Source of the DNA: Eubacteriales bacterium
GTDB taxonomy: Bacteria; Bacillota; Clostridia; Christensenellales; Aristaeellaceae
Length of the DNA stretch: 64,000 nucleotides
Assembly: GCA_031554475.1 (NCBI GenBank)
Contig: JAVBVF010000022.1
Location: 21,767 to 85,766, forward strand
Direction: 5' to 3'
Every line of letters begins with the position of its first letter. Within the stretch, counting starts at the first letter, position 1. The translations under genes were made by a program, and so were the position numbers. Of this stretch, positions 45,067-54,681 are shown one piece after another. Under the pieces are notes generated by a model. The model ran no database searches. It was given only the letters and a program-made list of their open reading frames with translations, and was not told the origin of the DNA.

Positions 45067-46083
45067 TTAGATGGATTCTCTCACAATCAATTGCGTTGGC
45101 AAGAGCACCCGGCGAGGCAAGGGGAACTCCCCTTGCAGACGGTCGTGGATCAGGTCCACCGCTTGTAAGCCAATCTCAAAAGAAGGAATTTGGTAAGTGG
45201 TTAGTGGAGGGCTCGAAAATTTGGAAAGCTCAATATTGCTGATCCCAATGACGGCAAACTGATGAGGTACGCTGATTCCCATAGAATACAGCGCACTCAG
45301 GGCGGCGATGGCCATCAGATCGCTGGCGGCAAACAGGGCGGAGGGCCTTTCGGGCTGTTCCATGATTTCATGAACTTGCGCCATACAAGTGAGCTCATCC
45401 CAACGGCAATTGCGAACCCAGGCGGCGGGCATTGGCAAACCGGCGGCCTCCATGGCATAGCGGTAACCGATATAGCGGCCGCTTCCTGAAAAGTCGTCGC
45501 TGGGAGCTCCGCCAATAAAGGCGATCTTTCGATGTCCGCGGGCGATGAGGGTTTCCACGGCCCGTTTGGCGGTGTCGAATTGGTCATACCCCACGTTGTC
45601 AATGTCGTCGTGAAGCGTGTCCACCCCCACACATATGGGGATTTTGGCACGGAAAGCCTGGTAAAAGGAAGGCTCCAGGGTTTCCATCAGAATAAGGCCG
45701 GCCGGCGGGTTGTCTAGTATTTCATGAAAAATAAAGGGATCCTTGAGCTCGGCCAGGGTATGCAAAAACCCCAGCGAGTAGCCATGCTGGGCAAAACGCG
45801 CCTCAATGCCGGAGAGCACGTTCATAAAGTAGGGGTCACGGTATTTTTCTTTCACAATGCTGAGCAAACAGCCGATCCGCTTGCTTTTGAGCAACGCTCT
45901 TCGCGGGGCGTCCACTTGGGGAGGCGGCACTTGATAGCCAGTATCGGCAATGGCTTTCCAAACGCGGTCACGGGTTTCCTGCCGCATGCGGTAGGTTTGA
46001 TCATTGTTGACCACCCGAGACACGGTGGCCAGCGAAACACCCGCAAGTCGCGCGATATCGCGCATGGTACTCATTTTCATCAT
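45067..46083 (-). CDS. LacI-family transcriptional regulator
   Basis: MMKMSTMRDIARLAGVSLATVSRVVNND helix-turn-helix plus a sugar-binding fold. The start may be at 46074. Confidence 0.9.
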   Translation of the reverse strand: MMKMSTMRDIARLAGVSLATVSRVVNNDQTYRMRQETRDRVWKAIADTGYQVPPPQVDAPRRALLKSKRIGCLLSIVKEKYRDPYFMNVLSGIEARFAQHGYSLGFLHTLAELKDPFIFHEILDNPPAGLILMETLEPSFYQAFRAKIPICVGVDTLHDDIDNVGYDQFDTAKRAVETLIARGHRKIAFIGGAPSDDFSGSGRYIGYRYAMEAAGLPMPAAWVRNCRWDELTCMAQVHEIMEQPERPSALFAASDLMAIAALSALYSMGISVPHQFAVIGISNIELSKFSSPPLTTYQIPSFEIGLQAVDLIHDRLQGEFPLPRRVLLPTQLIVRESI

Positions 46084-46247
46084 CTCCGCAAGCTAGTATA
46101 GCACACAACGTAACACAAGAGCAACGAAAACGAAAACAAGAACGAAACATTTGCGAAACTCGTTGAGGTATCCAAGGGCTGCATGCTATACTATAAAAAA
46201 CAGAGAAGTCTAAGTGAATCACTGTACACACATGGAGGAACACGGCC

Positions 46248-47504
46248 ATGCGAGTTGTTTTAATTGGCGCCGGCCAGCGCGGCAGAATTTATTCGGATTA
46301 TATGGCGGACTCGAAAAAGGCTGAGATCGTTGCGGTGGTGGAGCCGGATGCGGGGCGGAGGGAAGCCGCCGCCCAAAAGTTTACCCTCCCCACAGCCTTC
46401 TGTTTCCAAACAGTGGAGGAACTGTGGAAGCAACAAAAGATCGCGGATGTCGCGATTATCGCTTCCATGGACCGCGACCATTATGCCCAAGTGATGTCCG
46501 CGCTGGAGCTTGGGTATGATATTTTGCTGGAAAAGCCGGTTTCGCCTTCGCTTGCGGAGTGCCTAGCGATTCAAAAGAAAGCCAGAGAGACCGGGCGGCG
46601 GGTGGTGGTATGCCACGTGCTTCGTTATACCCCTTTTTTTGCCGCCATCAAAAAACTGCTGGATGAGAATACCTTGGGGCGCGTGGTGTCGATTCAGCAT
46701 GAGGAAAATATTGGTAACTGGCATATGGCCCATAGCTTTGTGCGGGGCAACTGGGCTAGGCAGGAAAAATCCAGCCCCATCATTTTGCAAAAATCCAGCC
46801 ATGACATGGACATTTTGGTGTGGCTGATCGGCAGCCGCGTGAAGGCTCTCTCCTCGGTGGGGGATTTGCGCTACTTTGTTCCGGCCAACGCGCCCCAGGG
46901 AAGCGCGGAGCGCTGCACAGACTGCCAAGTGCGGGAAACGTGCCGATTTGATGCGGAAAAGTCCTATTTGCCAGTGCTGGGAGAGTGGCCGGCATTGGTC
47001 GTAACCCCCAACCAGACGCTGGAAGGCCTGCGGGAAGCGTTAAAGACCAGCCCTTATGGAAGGTGTGTATACCGCTGCGGCAATAACGTTTGCGATAGCC
47101 AATCTACTCTTTTGGAGTTTGAAAACGGCGTAGCGGTGAACTTCACCATGTCCGCCTTCACAAGCCGCATGTGCCGGACCATTCGCATTCTCTGCGAACA
47201 TGGGGAAATCAGTGGAAACGATGACCAACGGCGCATCACGATTGCCCGCTTCCCCTCCAACGCAGTGGAGACCTATACGGTGGAAGAACGCTATACCAGC
47301 GCCACCCGCAGCGGGCATGGTGGCGGAGACAGCGGGCTGGTGGACGATTTTTTGCGCATGCTGGCGGGAGAGCAAACACAAAGTTCCTCCTCTATTGACG
47401 AGTCGATTGAGAGCCATTTGATGGCCTTTGCGGCGGAAGAGAGCCGCCTTACAGGGGGAGAACGGATCGCACTGGATGCGCTTCGCAAAGGAGGCGTGCA
47501 GTAA
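46248..47504 (+). CDS. Gfo/Idh/MocA-family NAD(P)-dependent oxidoreductase
   Basis: MRVVLIGAGQRGRIY Rossmann N-terminus and LEKP motif; GGAGGA RBS. Confidence 0.88.
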   Translation: MRVVLIGAGQRGRIYSDYMADSKKAEIVAVVEPDAGRREAAAQKFTLPTAFCFQTVEELWKQQKIADVAIIASMDRDHYAQVMSALELGYDILLEKPVSPSLAECLAIQKKARETGRRVVVCHVLRYTPFFAAIKKLLDENTLGRVVSIQHEENIGNWHMAHSFVRGNWARQEKSSPIILQKSSHDMDILVWLIGSRVKALSSVGDLRYFVPANAPQGSAERCTDCQVRETCRFDAEKSYLPVLGEWPALVVTPNQTLEGLREALKTSPYGRCVYRCGNNVCDSQSTLLEFENGVAVNFTMSAFTSRMCRTIRILCEHGEISGNDDQRRITIARFPSNAVETYTVEERYTSATRSGHGGGDSGLVDDFLRMLAGEQTQSSSSIDESIESHLMAFAAEESRLTGGERIALDALRKGGVQ

Positions 47505-48847
47505 TGCTCACGGTTTTCCCCAAAGTGACAGACCGCCTATTGGTCAACCCGGGAATCGGCTTTGTGGCCGCCCAAGGGCTGATGGGCGATGCGGAGCAGG
47601 TCAAGGACAGCCGGGGCAATCCGGTGGCGGCGTACCGCTTTACCCCCGAAAGCCGCACCTGGAACCATCCCGATTCCGGCCTCTCCTTTGCCAGCTTTCG
47701 CTGGAAGGATTTGGAGCCGGAAGAAGGAAGGTACGATTGGACCCAGGTGGAGGCGCGGCTGGCCGCCGTCAAGGCATTGGGCTGTATTGCCGTGGTTCGC
47801 GTAGCCCCCTATGCCTTGGCCAAGGAAGAGGACATTCCCGCCTGGCTTCGGGTCCGTTACCCGGAAACGCCGGAATACCCTTTTTGGCGGATTGACCCCA
47901 ACACGACGGAGTACCCGGCGCTTTGGGCTCGTTTTGTGGAGGCCTTTGCGGCCCGCTATGACGGGCACCCGTTAATCAGCGCTGTGGATATCGCCATCGT
48001 GGGGGCCTGGGGCGAGGGCGCGGGCACCGAATGGATGAACCAGGATGGCCTGGAGACCGTCGTGCGGGCGTATATGCATGGATTTCTCCGCACGCCGCTC
48101 CATGCCCAGGTTCATGATTTGCGCAGTGTGGCCTGCATTCAAAGCTATAGGCGGGATGTGGGGCTGCGCATGGATTGCCTGGGGGATATGGGCGGGTTTC
48201 ACCCGGGAAAATGGAGCCATATGCTGGATTTTTACCCGCAAAACATTGCGAATTTTCATATGACGGATGCCTGGAAGCATGGGCCGGTGATGTTTGAAGC
48301 CTGTTGGCATATGAACGATTGGTACTTGCAGGGCTGGGATATCGAATATATTATTTCGGAGTCACTCAAATGGCACATTTCGGCCTATGCCAGCAAGGGA
48401 ACCAATGTGCCGGAGCCCTGGCGGGACCGTGTGGCGGATTGGGTTCGCCGTATGGGCTTCCGCTTTGAAATCCACCGTTGCCGCTTCTCATCCCAGGGAA
48501 ATCCTGGCGGCGCGCTGGATTTTGAGATGTTGCTCAGCAACAGCGGCGTAGCCCCAGCCTATCACAATTATGCGCCGGTGCTGCATTTGACGGGCGCTGG
48601 ACGTATGGTGGAGCTTGGGCTTGATGTGGATATCCGAACCTGGCTGCCAGGAGAAGATCATCAAATCACGCAACGCATAAAATTGCCCAAGGAAGTTCCC
48701 CAGGGCGATTATGAATTGTCACTGGGCTTTCCAGTGCCGGAATACAAGGGTAAAACCTTGGAATTGGCCATTGAGGGCCGCAATGCGGAGGGATTTTATC
48801 CCTTGGGAACCGTGAGTATCATTACGGCAGAGGAGGAAGGCGTATGA
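47504..48847 (+). CDS. DUF4832-type putative glycoside hydrolase (TIM-barrel-like + C-terminal beta-sandwich), cytoplasmic
   Basis: 447 aa with no signal peptide. Colinear with the C-terminal 440 aa of the 54682 protein (W-x-D-L-E-P-E-E-G-x-Y-D-W, GAWGEG, C-terminal LPxxxPxGxYxL). TAATG overlap with the upstream gene. Confidence 0.6.
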   Translation: MLTVFPKVTDRLLVNPGIGFVAAQGLMGDAEQVKDSRGNPVAAYRFTPESRTWNHPDSGLSFASFRWKDLEPEEGRYDWTQVEARLAAVKALGCIAVVRVAPYALAKEEDIPAWLRVRYPETPEYPFWRIDPNTTEYPALWARFVEAFAARYDGHPLISAVDIAIVGAWGEGAGTEWMNQDGLETVVRAYMHGFLRTPLHAQVHDLRSVACIQSYRRDVGLRMDCLGDMGGFHPGKWSHMLDFYPQNIANFHMTDAWKHGPVMFEACWHMNDWYLQGWDIEYIISESLKWHISAYASKGTNVPEPWRDRVADWVRRMGFRFEIHRCRFSSQGNPGGALDFEMLLSNSGVAPAYHNYAPVLHLTGAGRMVELGLDVDIRTWLPGEDHQITQRIKLPKEVPQGDYELSLGFPVPEYKGKTLELAIEGRNAEGFYPLGTVSIITAEEEGV

Positions 48848-50154
48848 AAAAGGGGCATGAATTTGTGGAAGCGGCCAAGGACTATGGCTTGACGGCCTAT
48901 CCCCAGGGCGTGGAAGCCTTCTATCCGGATTTTGCCAGCAGATACGTCCCCAAGCCTTTGATCCGCCGTGCGTTTTTGCAAGACCTGTGCCGGCGCCATC
49001 AAGTAGGCGGGGAGCAGGTGGGCCGCCTGATGGCCGCGCTGGACGACATTGAGGCAGACGACACGTTGCTTCGGGCGTCCCACTTTTTGGTGGAGGACAT
49101 GCGGGCCGTTGCCGCGCGGCTGGAAATGGATGAGTATAACGCGATGATGCCGCGAAAGGGAATGCGCGATCCGTCCCTTTATTCGCTTTTGTTGCTGCTG
49201 GCCTGCCTGGAACCCTCCATTCAGGTCCGCCGCGACATGGGTATGGCGGATGAGTTGTTTTTGCCTACCGCGCTGACGCCGGCGGGGCGACAGCTGGAAA
49301 AATTGCGGGATACAGGCGACGGCGCCGTGGCGGACTTTCCCTGGGATCGCAGCTTTTACACCTGCGATATCTTCCGCATTGGCCGCTTTTACGTGAAGGG
49401 CGAGAGGGTGGAGTACCCCATCGCAGTGTACCGGAATGGCGATCAGACCGTTGCTTTTTTCTCCGAACCCACGCGCGTGCGCAGGGATGGCGAGCTGGAC
49501 GGCGTGAATGGACAGACCGATAGGGAAGCCTTCACCACCGTATGGGAAGAAAAGGCAACCGTGGTGACCGGCCATCCCATTCATCCGGCGGGGGTGGTAA
49601 GCCAGGAACCCCTCACCTTGGACACCACCCAATGGCGCTGTGTGCTCCGGCAAAATGATATCAAGCTGGGGCTGCATATCCCTGGCGGCCCGGGCTATGA
49701 TCCCCGGGGGCTTAAGCAGAGCACCTTGGATGCCTATGCCTTTTTCCGCCGTTGGTTCCCAGCCTATGATATCCGCGCTTTTGGCAACGAGAGCTGGCTC
49801 AATGATCCGCACCTGCCTCTGCTTTGCAAACCCGGCGCGAACATTCCTGCCATGCAAAAGGAAATGTACCTATACCCTTGCGATTCCGGAGAGGGTATGA
49901 TGAAATCTGAGCTGTTTGGCAACAAACCCATGCCTAAGGATGACGAACCTGCCAGCAGTTTGCAGCGGAGCGTGGCCGAGTATGTGCGCCGTGGCGGCCG
50001 TATGACCTCCAGCTGCATGTTCATCCTTGTGGAGGATTTGGAACGGCTGGGCCGCGAGCCTTATGCATCAGGTGAGTCTTATGAGGCGATTTGGGAACGG
50101 TTTCGCGATCCCCAAGCCTATTCCTTTGACCAAGGGGAGGAGGAGAGCGTGTGA
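48844..50154 (+). CDS. hypothetical protein (possibly NAT_N/GNAT_C-type acyltransferase-like fold; unverified)
   Basis: 436-aa ORF, ATGA-coupled to the upstream gene. The NESWLNDP segment recalls the C-terminal GNAT-like domain family. No confident assignment. Confidence 0.55.
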   Translation: MKKGHEFVEAAKDYGLTAYPQGVEAFYPDFASRYVPKPLIRRAFLQDLCRRHQVGGEQVGRLMAALDDIEADDTLLRASHFLVEDMRAVAARLEMDEYNAMMPRKGMRDPSLYSLLLLLACLEPSIQVRRDMGMADELFLPTALTPAGRQLEKLRDTGDGAVADFPWDRSFYTCDIFRIGRFYVKGERVEYPIAVYRNGDQTVAFFSEPTRVRRDGELDGVNGQTDREAFTTVWEEKATVVTGHPIHPAGVVSQEPLTLDTTQWRCVLRQNDIKLGLHIPGGPGYDPRGLKQSTLDAYAFFRRWFPAYDIRAFGNESWLNDPHLPLLCKPGANIPAMQKEMYLYPCDSGEGMMKSELFGNKPMPKDDEPASSLQRSVAEYVRRGGRMTSSCMFILVEDLERLGREPYASGESYEAIWERFRDPQAYSFDQGEEESV

Positions 50155-51248
50155 AGGTCAACGCATACGCGCTGGAGCATTCCCTGGAGCTTTACGAGCA
50201 GTATCCAACAGTTCGGTGCCGTCCGGTTTGTACGGGCGCGGCCCTGGCCGAGGCCATGGAGATCCGTTGCCTCCACTTTGCCGAGCTTGCGCCGGAAAAG
50301 GGAGTGTTTCATTTTGACCGCGTGCCGCCTGCCGGCAAGCCTGGGGGGACCACGCTGCTCTCTTTGGATGTAACGCCGCCCGCCTGGGCCAGCCACTTTG
50401 AGGATGCCGCCGCTTTTGTGCGCCTGTTGGGCGCTTTCCTGCAAGGAGGCGCATCCTATACGGGTGTGCTGGTGGAGCTGGCGGATGTGCCGGTAGAGGC
50501 TCGCCCCGCGATGGGTAGGGCATTCCGTGCGGGCTTTGACAAAGCGGCACTCATCGCGCTTGCGGAGGATGAGGTAACCTTGTCGTTTTTCCGACGGGAA
50601 AACATTCCCTTTGGTTTATTGTTAGACGCCTCCCAGGGGATTTTGGCTGTTCGGGAAGCGTTGGCCACGCGCCATTTGCAAAGGGTTTGGGAAACCGCGC
50701 CCGTTTTGCTTTTGGCCAAGAACCACCCGGAATTGCCGCAAGCCCTGCGAAAAGCCGCCGAAGGCTGGCACGTGGCGGCTGCGGATATCCAGGGGATCAA
50801 ACCAGGGCGGATGGCTTTGCGCCGAGTGACCTATCCAGCCGCGGTGGCCGCCGATGGCGCGTTGCCCATCCGGTTTTGGTGGCAAGTGGTGGGCCAAAGC
50901 CCGCTATACGGTTGGACCAAGGTGGTGGCAAAACTGGTGCATGCGGGCGGAGACGCCGCATTGGCCCTGGACGATGAGAAGCCCATTCGCATGCTGGGAG
51001 ACGCGACCCATAACCAGATTGTGAAGCTGCCCAAGCTGCCTATGGGAGAGTATGCGCTATGGGTAGGTGTACAGGGGCAGGATGGCAGGCTTTTACCGTT
51101 GGCAATGGACGCGCCGGTGAAAGAAGGCTTCTACGAAATTGGTAAGGTCACGCTGGATGATGTTCCCCGCCCTGAACTTTTTGCCGCTTGGGATCATTAT
51201 TATCCCGAAGGTTACTACCCGCTGGAGGATCCGAAATTGCCTTATTAA
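50151..51248 (+). CDS. hypothetical protein with a DUF4832-like C-terminal beta-sandwich
   Basis: 365 aa with a GTGA-coupled GTG start. The C-terminal 110 aa (IRFWWQVVGQSP...LPKLPMGEYALWVGV...FYEIGKVTL) parallel the C-termini of the 47504 and 54682 proteins. Confidence 0.55.
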   Translation: MKVNAYALEHSLELYEQYPTVRCRPVCTGAALAEAMEIRCLHFAELAPEKGVFHFDRVPPAGKPGGTTLLSLDVTPPAWASHFEDAAAFVRLLGAFLQGGASYTGVLVELADVPVEARPAMGRAFRAGFDKAALIALAEDEVTLSFFRRENIPFGLLLDASQGILAVREALATRHLQRVWETAPVLLLAKNHPELPQALRKAAEGWHVAAADIQGIKPGRMALRRVTYPAAVAADGALPIRFWWQVVGQSPLYGWTKVVAKLVHAGGDAALALDDEKPIRMLGDATHNQIVKLPKLPMGEYALWVGVQGQDGRLLPLAMDAPVKEGFYEIGKVTLDDVPRPELFAAWDHYYPEGYYPLEDPKLPY

Positions 51249-51292
51249 GGGCAGGTACCCCGTTGGGAAAGAGCATGGGAGGAGGAGAGGAA

Positions 51293-52219
51293 ATGCAGAT
51301 AGAGCCGAAATCGAAATTTATGCAGGAAATCTACCGCCACAGAACGCTGTATTTGATGTGCTTGCCCGCGTTGCTTTTGCTATTGGTATTATGCTACATT
51401 CCCTTCGGCGGCACATGGATGGCCTTTACGGACTTTAATGTGGTGGATGGGATTTTTGGGAGCCCTTTTAAGGGCCTGGCAAATTTCCGCATGTTTTTTG
51501 AATTGGGGTCCGCAACTCGCGTGATTGTGAACACCTTGCTGATTAACCTATGGGGCTTGTTGTTGGGGCTGGTGTTCCCCATTGCTCTTGCCATAGCCCT
51601 CAATGAACTGAAAATGAGCGTGTTCAAACGGGTGACGCAGGGCGTGATGTTTTTTCCTTACTTCCTTTCTTGGGTGGTGGTGGGCGCTATTGCTTATGGC
51701 CTGTTTGCCACGGATGTGGGGGTGGTCAACGCGCTGCTGAAATCCATTGGGCTCAAGTCCGTTCGCTGGTATGCGGAGCCTCAGTATTGGAAGGGCTTCC
51801 TCATTGCTTTCAATGTGTGGAAGTGGAGCGGCTATAGCAGCATCGTTTATCTGGCGGCCATGGCCAATTTTGATCCGAACCTATTTGAGGCGGCCGAGGT
51901 TGATGGCGCTTCCAAATGGCAGCGCATCACCCGCTTGACCATTCCCATGCTCAAGCCCACGGCGGTGGTTTTGACGCTGATGAGCGTTGGCCGGATTTTT
52001 TATGGGGATTTCGGCATGGTGTACGGCATCGTCGGAACCAATCCAGTGCTCAGCGACGAAGTGACGGTCATCGATACCTATGTGTATACAAGCATGCGGA
52101 CGCTTGGCTTTTCCTATGCTACGGCGGTGGGCCTGATGCAATCGGTGATGGGCCTGCTGATGGTTTCTTTTGCCAACCGCGCCGCCAAAAAGATGAACGA
52201 CGGAGAGGGGCTGTTTTGA
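51293..52219 (+). CDS. carbohydrate ABC transporter permease (LplB/MsmF type)
   Basis: Within ORF 51188-52219; ATG 51293 follows GGAGGAGGAGAGG. Multi-TM protein with an EAAEVDGASKWQ EAA loop. Confidence 0.88.
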   Translation: MQIEPKSKFMQEIYRHRTLYLMCLPALLLLLVLCYIPFGGTWMAFTDFNVVDGIFGSPFKGLANFRMFFELGSATRVIVNTLLINLWGLLLGLVFPIALAIALNELKMSVFKRVTQGVMFFPYFLSWVVVGAIAYGLFATDVGVVNALLKSIGLKSVRWYAEPQYWKGFLIAFNVWKWSGYSSIVYLAAMANFDPNLFEAAEVDGASKWQRITRLTIPMLKPTAVVLTLMSVGRIFYGDFGMVYGIVGTNPVLSDEVTVIDTYVYTSMRTLGFSYATAVGLMQSVMGLLMVSFANRAAKKMNDGEGLF

Positions 52220-53103
52220 TGAGAAAAACAACCAGCGACCGCGTCTTTCGGGGGATTTGCATTGCTTTTGTGGTGCTGTTCGCGGTTTTGTGCCTGTATC
52301 CGCTTTTGTTGGTGCTGGCTGTTTCGTTTTCCGATGAGACGGAGGTTTTGCGCCATGGCTATGCAATTTGGCCGCGTCAGTTTTCGTTGGATACCTATAA
52401 GTATATCTTTCAGCGGAGCGGGGAGAGGATTTTGACCAGCTATCAGGTGACCTTGATCACGACTGTTTTGGGCACCTTTTTATCGCTCTTGATTACCAGC
52501 ATGATTGCCTTCGCCCTGTCCATTAAGCAGCTTCGTTACCGCAATGTGATTGCGTTTCTTTGCAATTTTACCATTATCTTTAGTGCTGGCTTGATTCCCT
52601 GGTACATGGTGTGCGTGAATATCCTGGGGCTCAAAAACAACCTGGCGGGACTGATCGTTCCCAGTTTGTTTAGCGTTTGGAATATGTTCCTGCTTCGAAC
52701 GTATTTTTCGGACATCCCCCCATCCTTATATGAATCGGCCACGCTGGATGGCGCAGGGTATTTTACGATTTTCATCCGAATCGCCTTGCCCCTTTCCAAA
52801 ACCGCGTTGCTGACCGTGGGCATGATGTATGCGCTCTCCTATTGGAATGATTGGTGGAATGCGCTCATGTTCGTGGAGCGCAAGGAGCTATTCCCGCTGC
52901 AATACCTTTTGTACAATGTGCTCAGCAATGTGAACGCGATCAGCGCCGGAAAGGTGCCAAGGGGCGTTACCAGCATCAAACTCCCTTCGGAAACGGTGAA
53001 GATGGGCCTGACCGTGGTCACCATCGGCCCCATCATTCTTTTATACCCCTTTATCCAGAAGTATTTTGTCAGTGGCATTATGAGCGGCGCCGTGAAAGAG
53101 TAA
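52219..53103 (+). CDS. carbohydrate ABC transporter permease (LplC/MsmG type)
   Basis: Within ORF 51916-53103; ATG 52219 overlaps the upstream TGA. ESATLDGAGYF EAA loop. Confidence 0.88.
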   Translation: MRKTTSDRVFRGICIAFVVLFAVLCLYPLLLVLAVSFSDETEVLRHGYAIWPRQFSLDTYKYIFQRSGERILTSYQVTLITTVLGTFLSLLITSMIAFALSIKQLRYRNVIAFLCNFTIIFSAGLIPWYMVCVNILGLKNNLAGLIVPSLFSVWNMFLLRTYFSDIPPSLYESATLDGAGYFTIFIRIALPLSKTALLTVGMMYALSYWNDWWNALMFVERKELFPLQYLLYNVLSNVNAISAGKVPRGVTSIKLPSETVKMGLTVVTIGPIILLYPFIQKYFVSGIMSGAVKE

Positions 53104-53152
53104 GACGGCCCTGAAGGGCTGCAAATATAACATTTCAGAGGAGGAACAAACC

Positions 53153-54586
53153 ATGAAGCGCATCTTGACACTAGCCCTGGCGGTACTCACGCTCATGACG
53201 ATGTTCGCGATCCCCGCGAGCGCGGCAAACGAGAAGATCACCATTCTCTACCCCGGTGAAGAATCTGACCGCATGACCGAGTTTCTCAATGGCGAGTTTG
53301 CCGAGAAAATGCTGGCAGACTTAAATATGGAAGTGGAAATGATCTTTGTTCCCTGGGATCTCTACTGGGACAAAAAAGATGTGATGCTGGCCAGCCAGGA
53401 ACCCATCGACCTGTATTGGGACGGCCTGCCGGACCTTTCTACAATGGTAAACAAAAAGCAAGCCCAACCCCTGGATGAGCTGGTGGCCCAACATGGCCAG
53501 GATCTGCTCAAGGCGCTGCCCATGGAATATCTCCAAGGTGCCACGGTGGACGGCAAGATCTATGGCATCCCCTCCGCTGCCAATGCTCCCTCAGCTGGAA
53601 TGTTCCAATTCGTGTGCTTGCGCCAGGACTTGCTGGAACAAACCGGCAAGGAAAAGGTGGAACCCGCCCAGGATCTGTTTGATTTCGCAAAGGCCATCAA
53701 AGAGAAGGATCCCAGCATCAAGGGCGGCGGAGATCCCCTGCTCAAGCCCCTCACTCGCTATTTTGCCGAGGAACAGTACACCTGGATCGCGCTGGCGGAA
53801 CTGGTGGTCTTTGGCGAAGAGAGCCATAAGGCGTACAGCTATTTTGAGACGCAGGCCTTCCAAGACCTGGCGAAGTTCAACGGCGAAATGGGCAAGGCTG
53901 CTCTGTATTCCGACGATGAGACCCTGAAGTACAATGAGCGCGACAGCCGCATGCAAACAGGCAACTATCTGTGGGTAGAAGGCTCTTTGGGCAAGGACCA
54001 GGAAATTCTCCCCGCGGTTCGCGATAACGCCCCTGACGCGGTGCTGCACAACTACCTGCTGGCACCTGAAAAACCCAAGTACATCACCTCCGCCGGCGGC
54101 GAAGTGCTGTGCATTCCGTATTCCGCGCCCAACCCCGCTGGCGCTATGAAGTTCATCAACTGGTTGTACGCGAGCCAGGAGAACTACACGCTGGCTATCT
54201 ATGGCGTGGAAGGCAAGGATTATGAAATGGCGGATGGACGCATCAACAAGCTCGTGCCCGATGAGTTCTTCTATGAGTGGATGTTCCGCAACAAGAACTA
54301 CCAGATGTTCCTTCCCGAAGTGCCCCAGGAGTACATCGATGTCCTCAAGACCTGGGACGATGACGCGCAGGTGAGCAAGTCTTTTGGTTTCCGTTTCAAC
54401 AATGAGAAGGTGAAGGAACAAGAAGTAAAGCTCATGGAAGCCATGAAACTATTGGTGCCCATCTACACGGGCTTTGTGGATTTCGATACCGAGTATCCCA
54501 AGGCCGTCCAAATGCTGAAGGATGCGGGCATTGACGCGTATGTGGCCGAAGTGCAAAGCCAGCTGGATGCGTTCTTAACAGAATAA
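53153..54586 (+). CDS. extracellular solute-binding protein (family 1, large LplA-type)
   Basis: 477 aa. Signal peptide MKRILTLALAVLTLMTMFAIPASA with no lipobox Cys. GAGGAGGA RBS. Confidence 0.85.
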   Translation: MKRILTLALAVLTLMTMFAIPASAANEKITILYPGEESDRMTEFLNGEFAEKMLADLNMEVEMIFVPWDLYWDKKDVMLASQEPIDLYWDGLPDLSTMVNKKQAQPLDELVAQHGQDLLKALPMEYLQGATVDGKIYGIPSAANAPSAGMFQFVCLRQDLLEQTGKEKVEPAQDLFDFAKAIKEKDPSIKGGGDPLLKPLTRYFAEEQYTWIALAELVVFGEESHKAYSYFETQAFQDLAKFNGEMGKAALYSDDETLKYNERDSRMQTGNYLWVEGSLGKDQEILPAVRDNAPDAVLHNYLLAPEKPKYITSAGGEVLCIPYSAPNPAGAMKFINWLYASQENYTLAIYGVEGKDYEMADGRINKLVPDEFFYEWMFRNKNYQMFLPEVPQEYIDVLKTWDDDAQVSKSFGFRFNNEKVKEQEVKLMEAMKLLVPIYTGFVDFDTEYPKAVQMLKDAGIDAYVAEVQSQLDAFLTE

Positions 54587-54611
54587 TTGGATCACGGATG
54601 GATGTAGGGAC

Positions 54612-54637
54612 AAAAGGCCGGGTAAAACCGGCCTTTT
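54612..54637 (+). terminator. rho-independent terminator after the solute-binding protein gene
   Basis: Perfect 10-bp stem AAAAGGCCGG/CCGGCCTTTT with a 6-nt loop. Confidence 0.7.
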
Positions 54638-54681
54638 GTACACGATTCTGGTTGCTCCAGCCTATGAAGCGGAGGTATGAC

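Noticed and set aside
46108-46160. A/C-rich run with repeated AACGAAA(A)C units between the second LacI gene and the Gfo/Idh/MocA gene, considered as an operator array
   Set aside because: This is low-complexity sequence. The only dyad symmetry is a weak 5-bp AACGA...TCGTT pair, and I could not define a convincing LacI-type palindrome by eye. It may still contain the operator, but I cannot support a call.
51916-52218. Upstream extension of the second permease ORF (starting at 51916) and of the first (starting at 51188)
   Set aside because: The extensions overlap the preceding genes in another frame and are Arg/His-rich, with no TM character. The starts at 52219 and 51293 give typical permease N-termini and have RBS or stop-start coupling.
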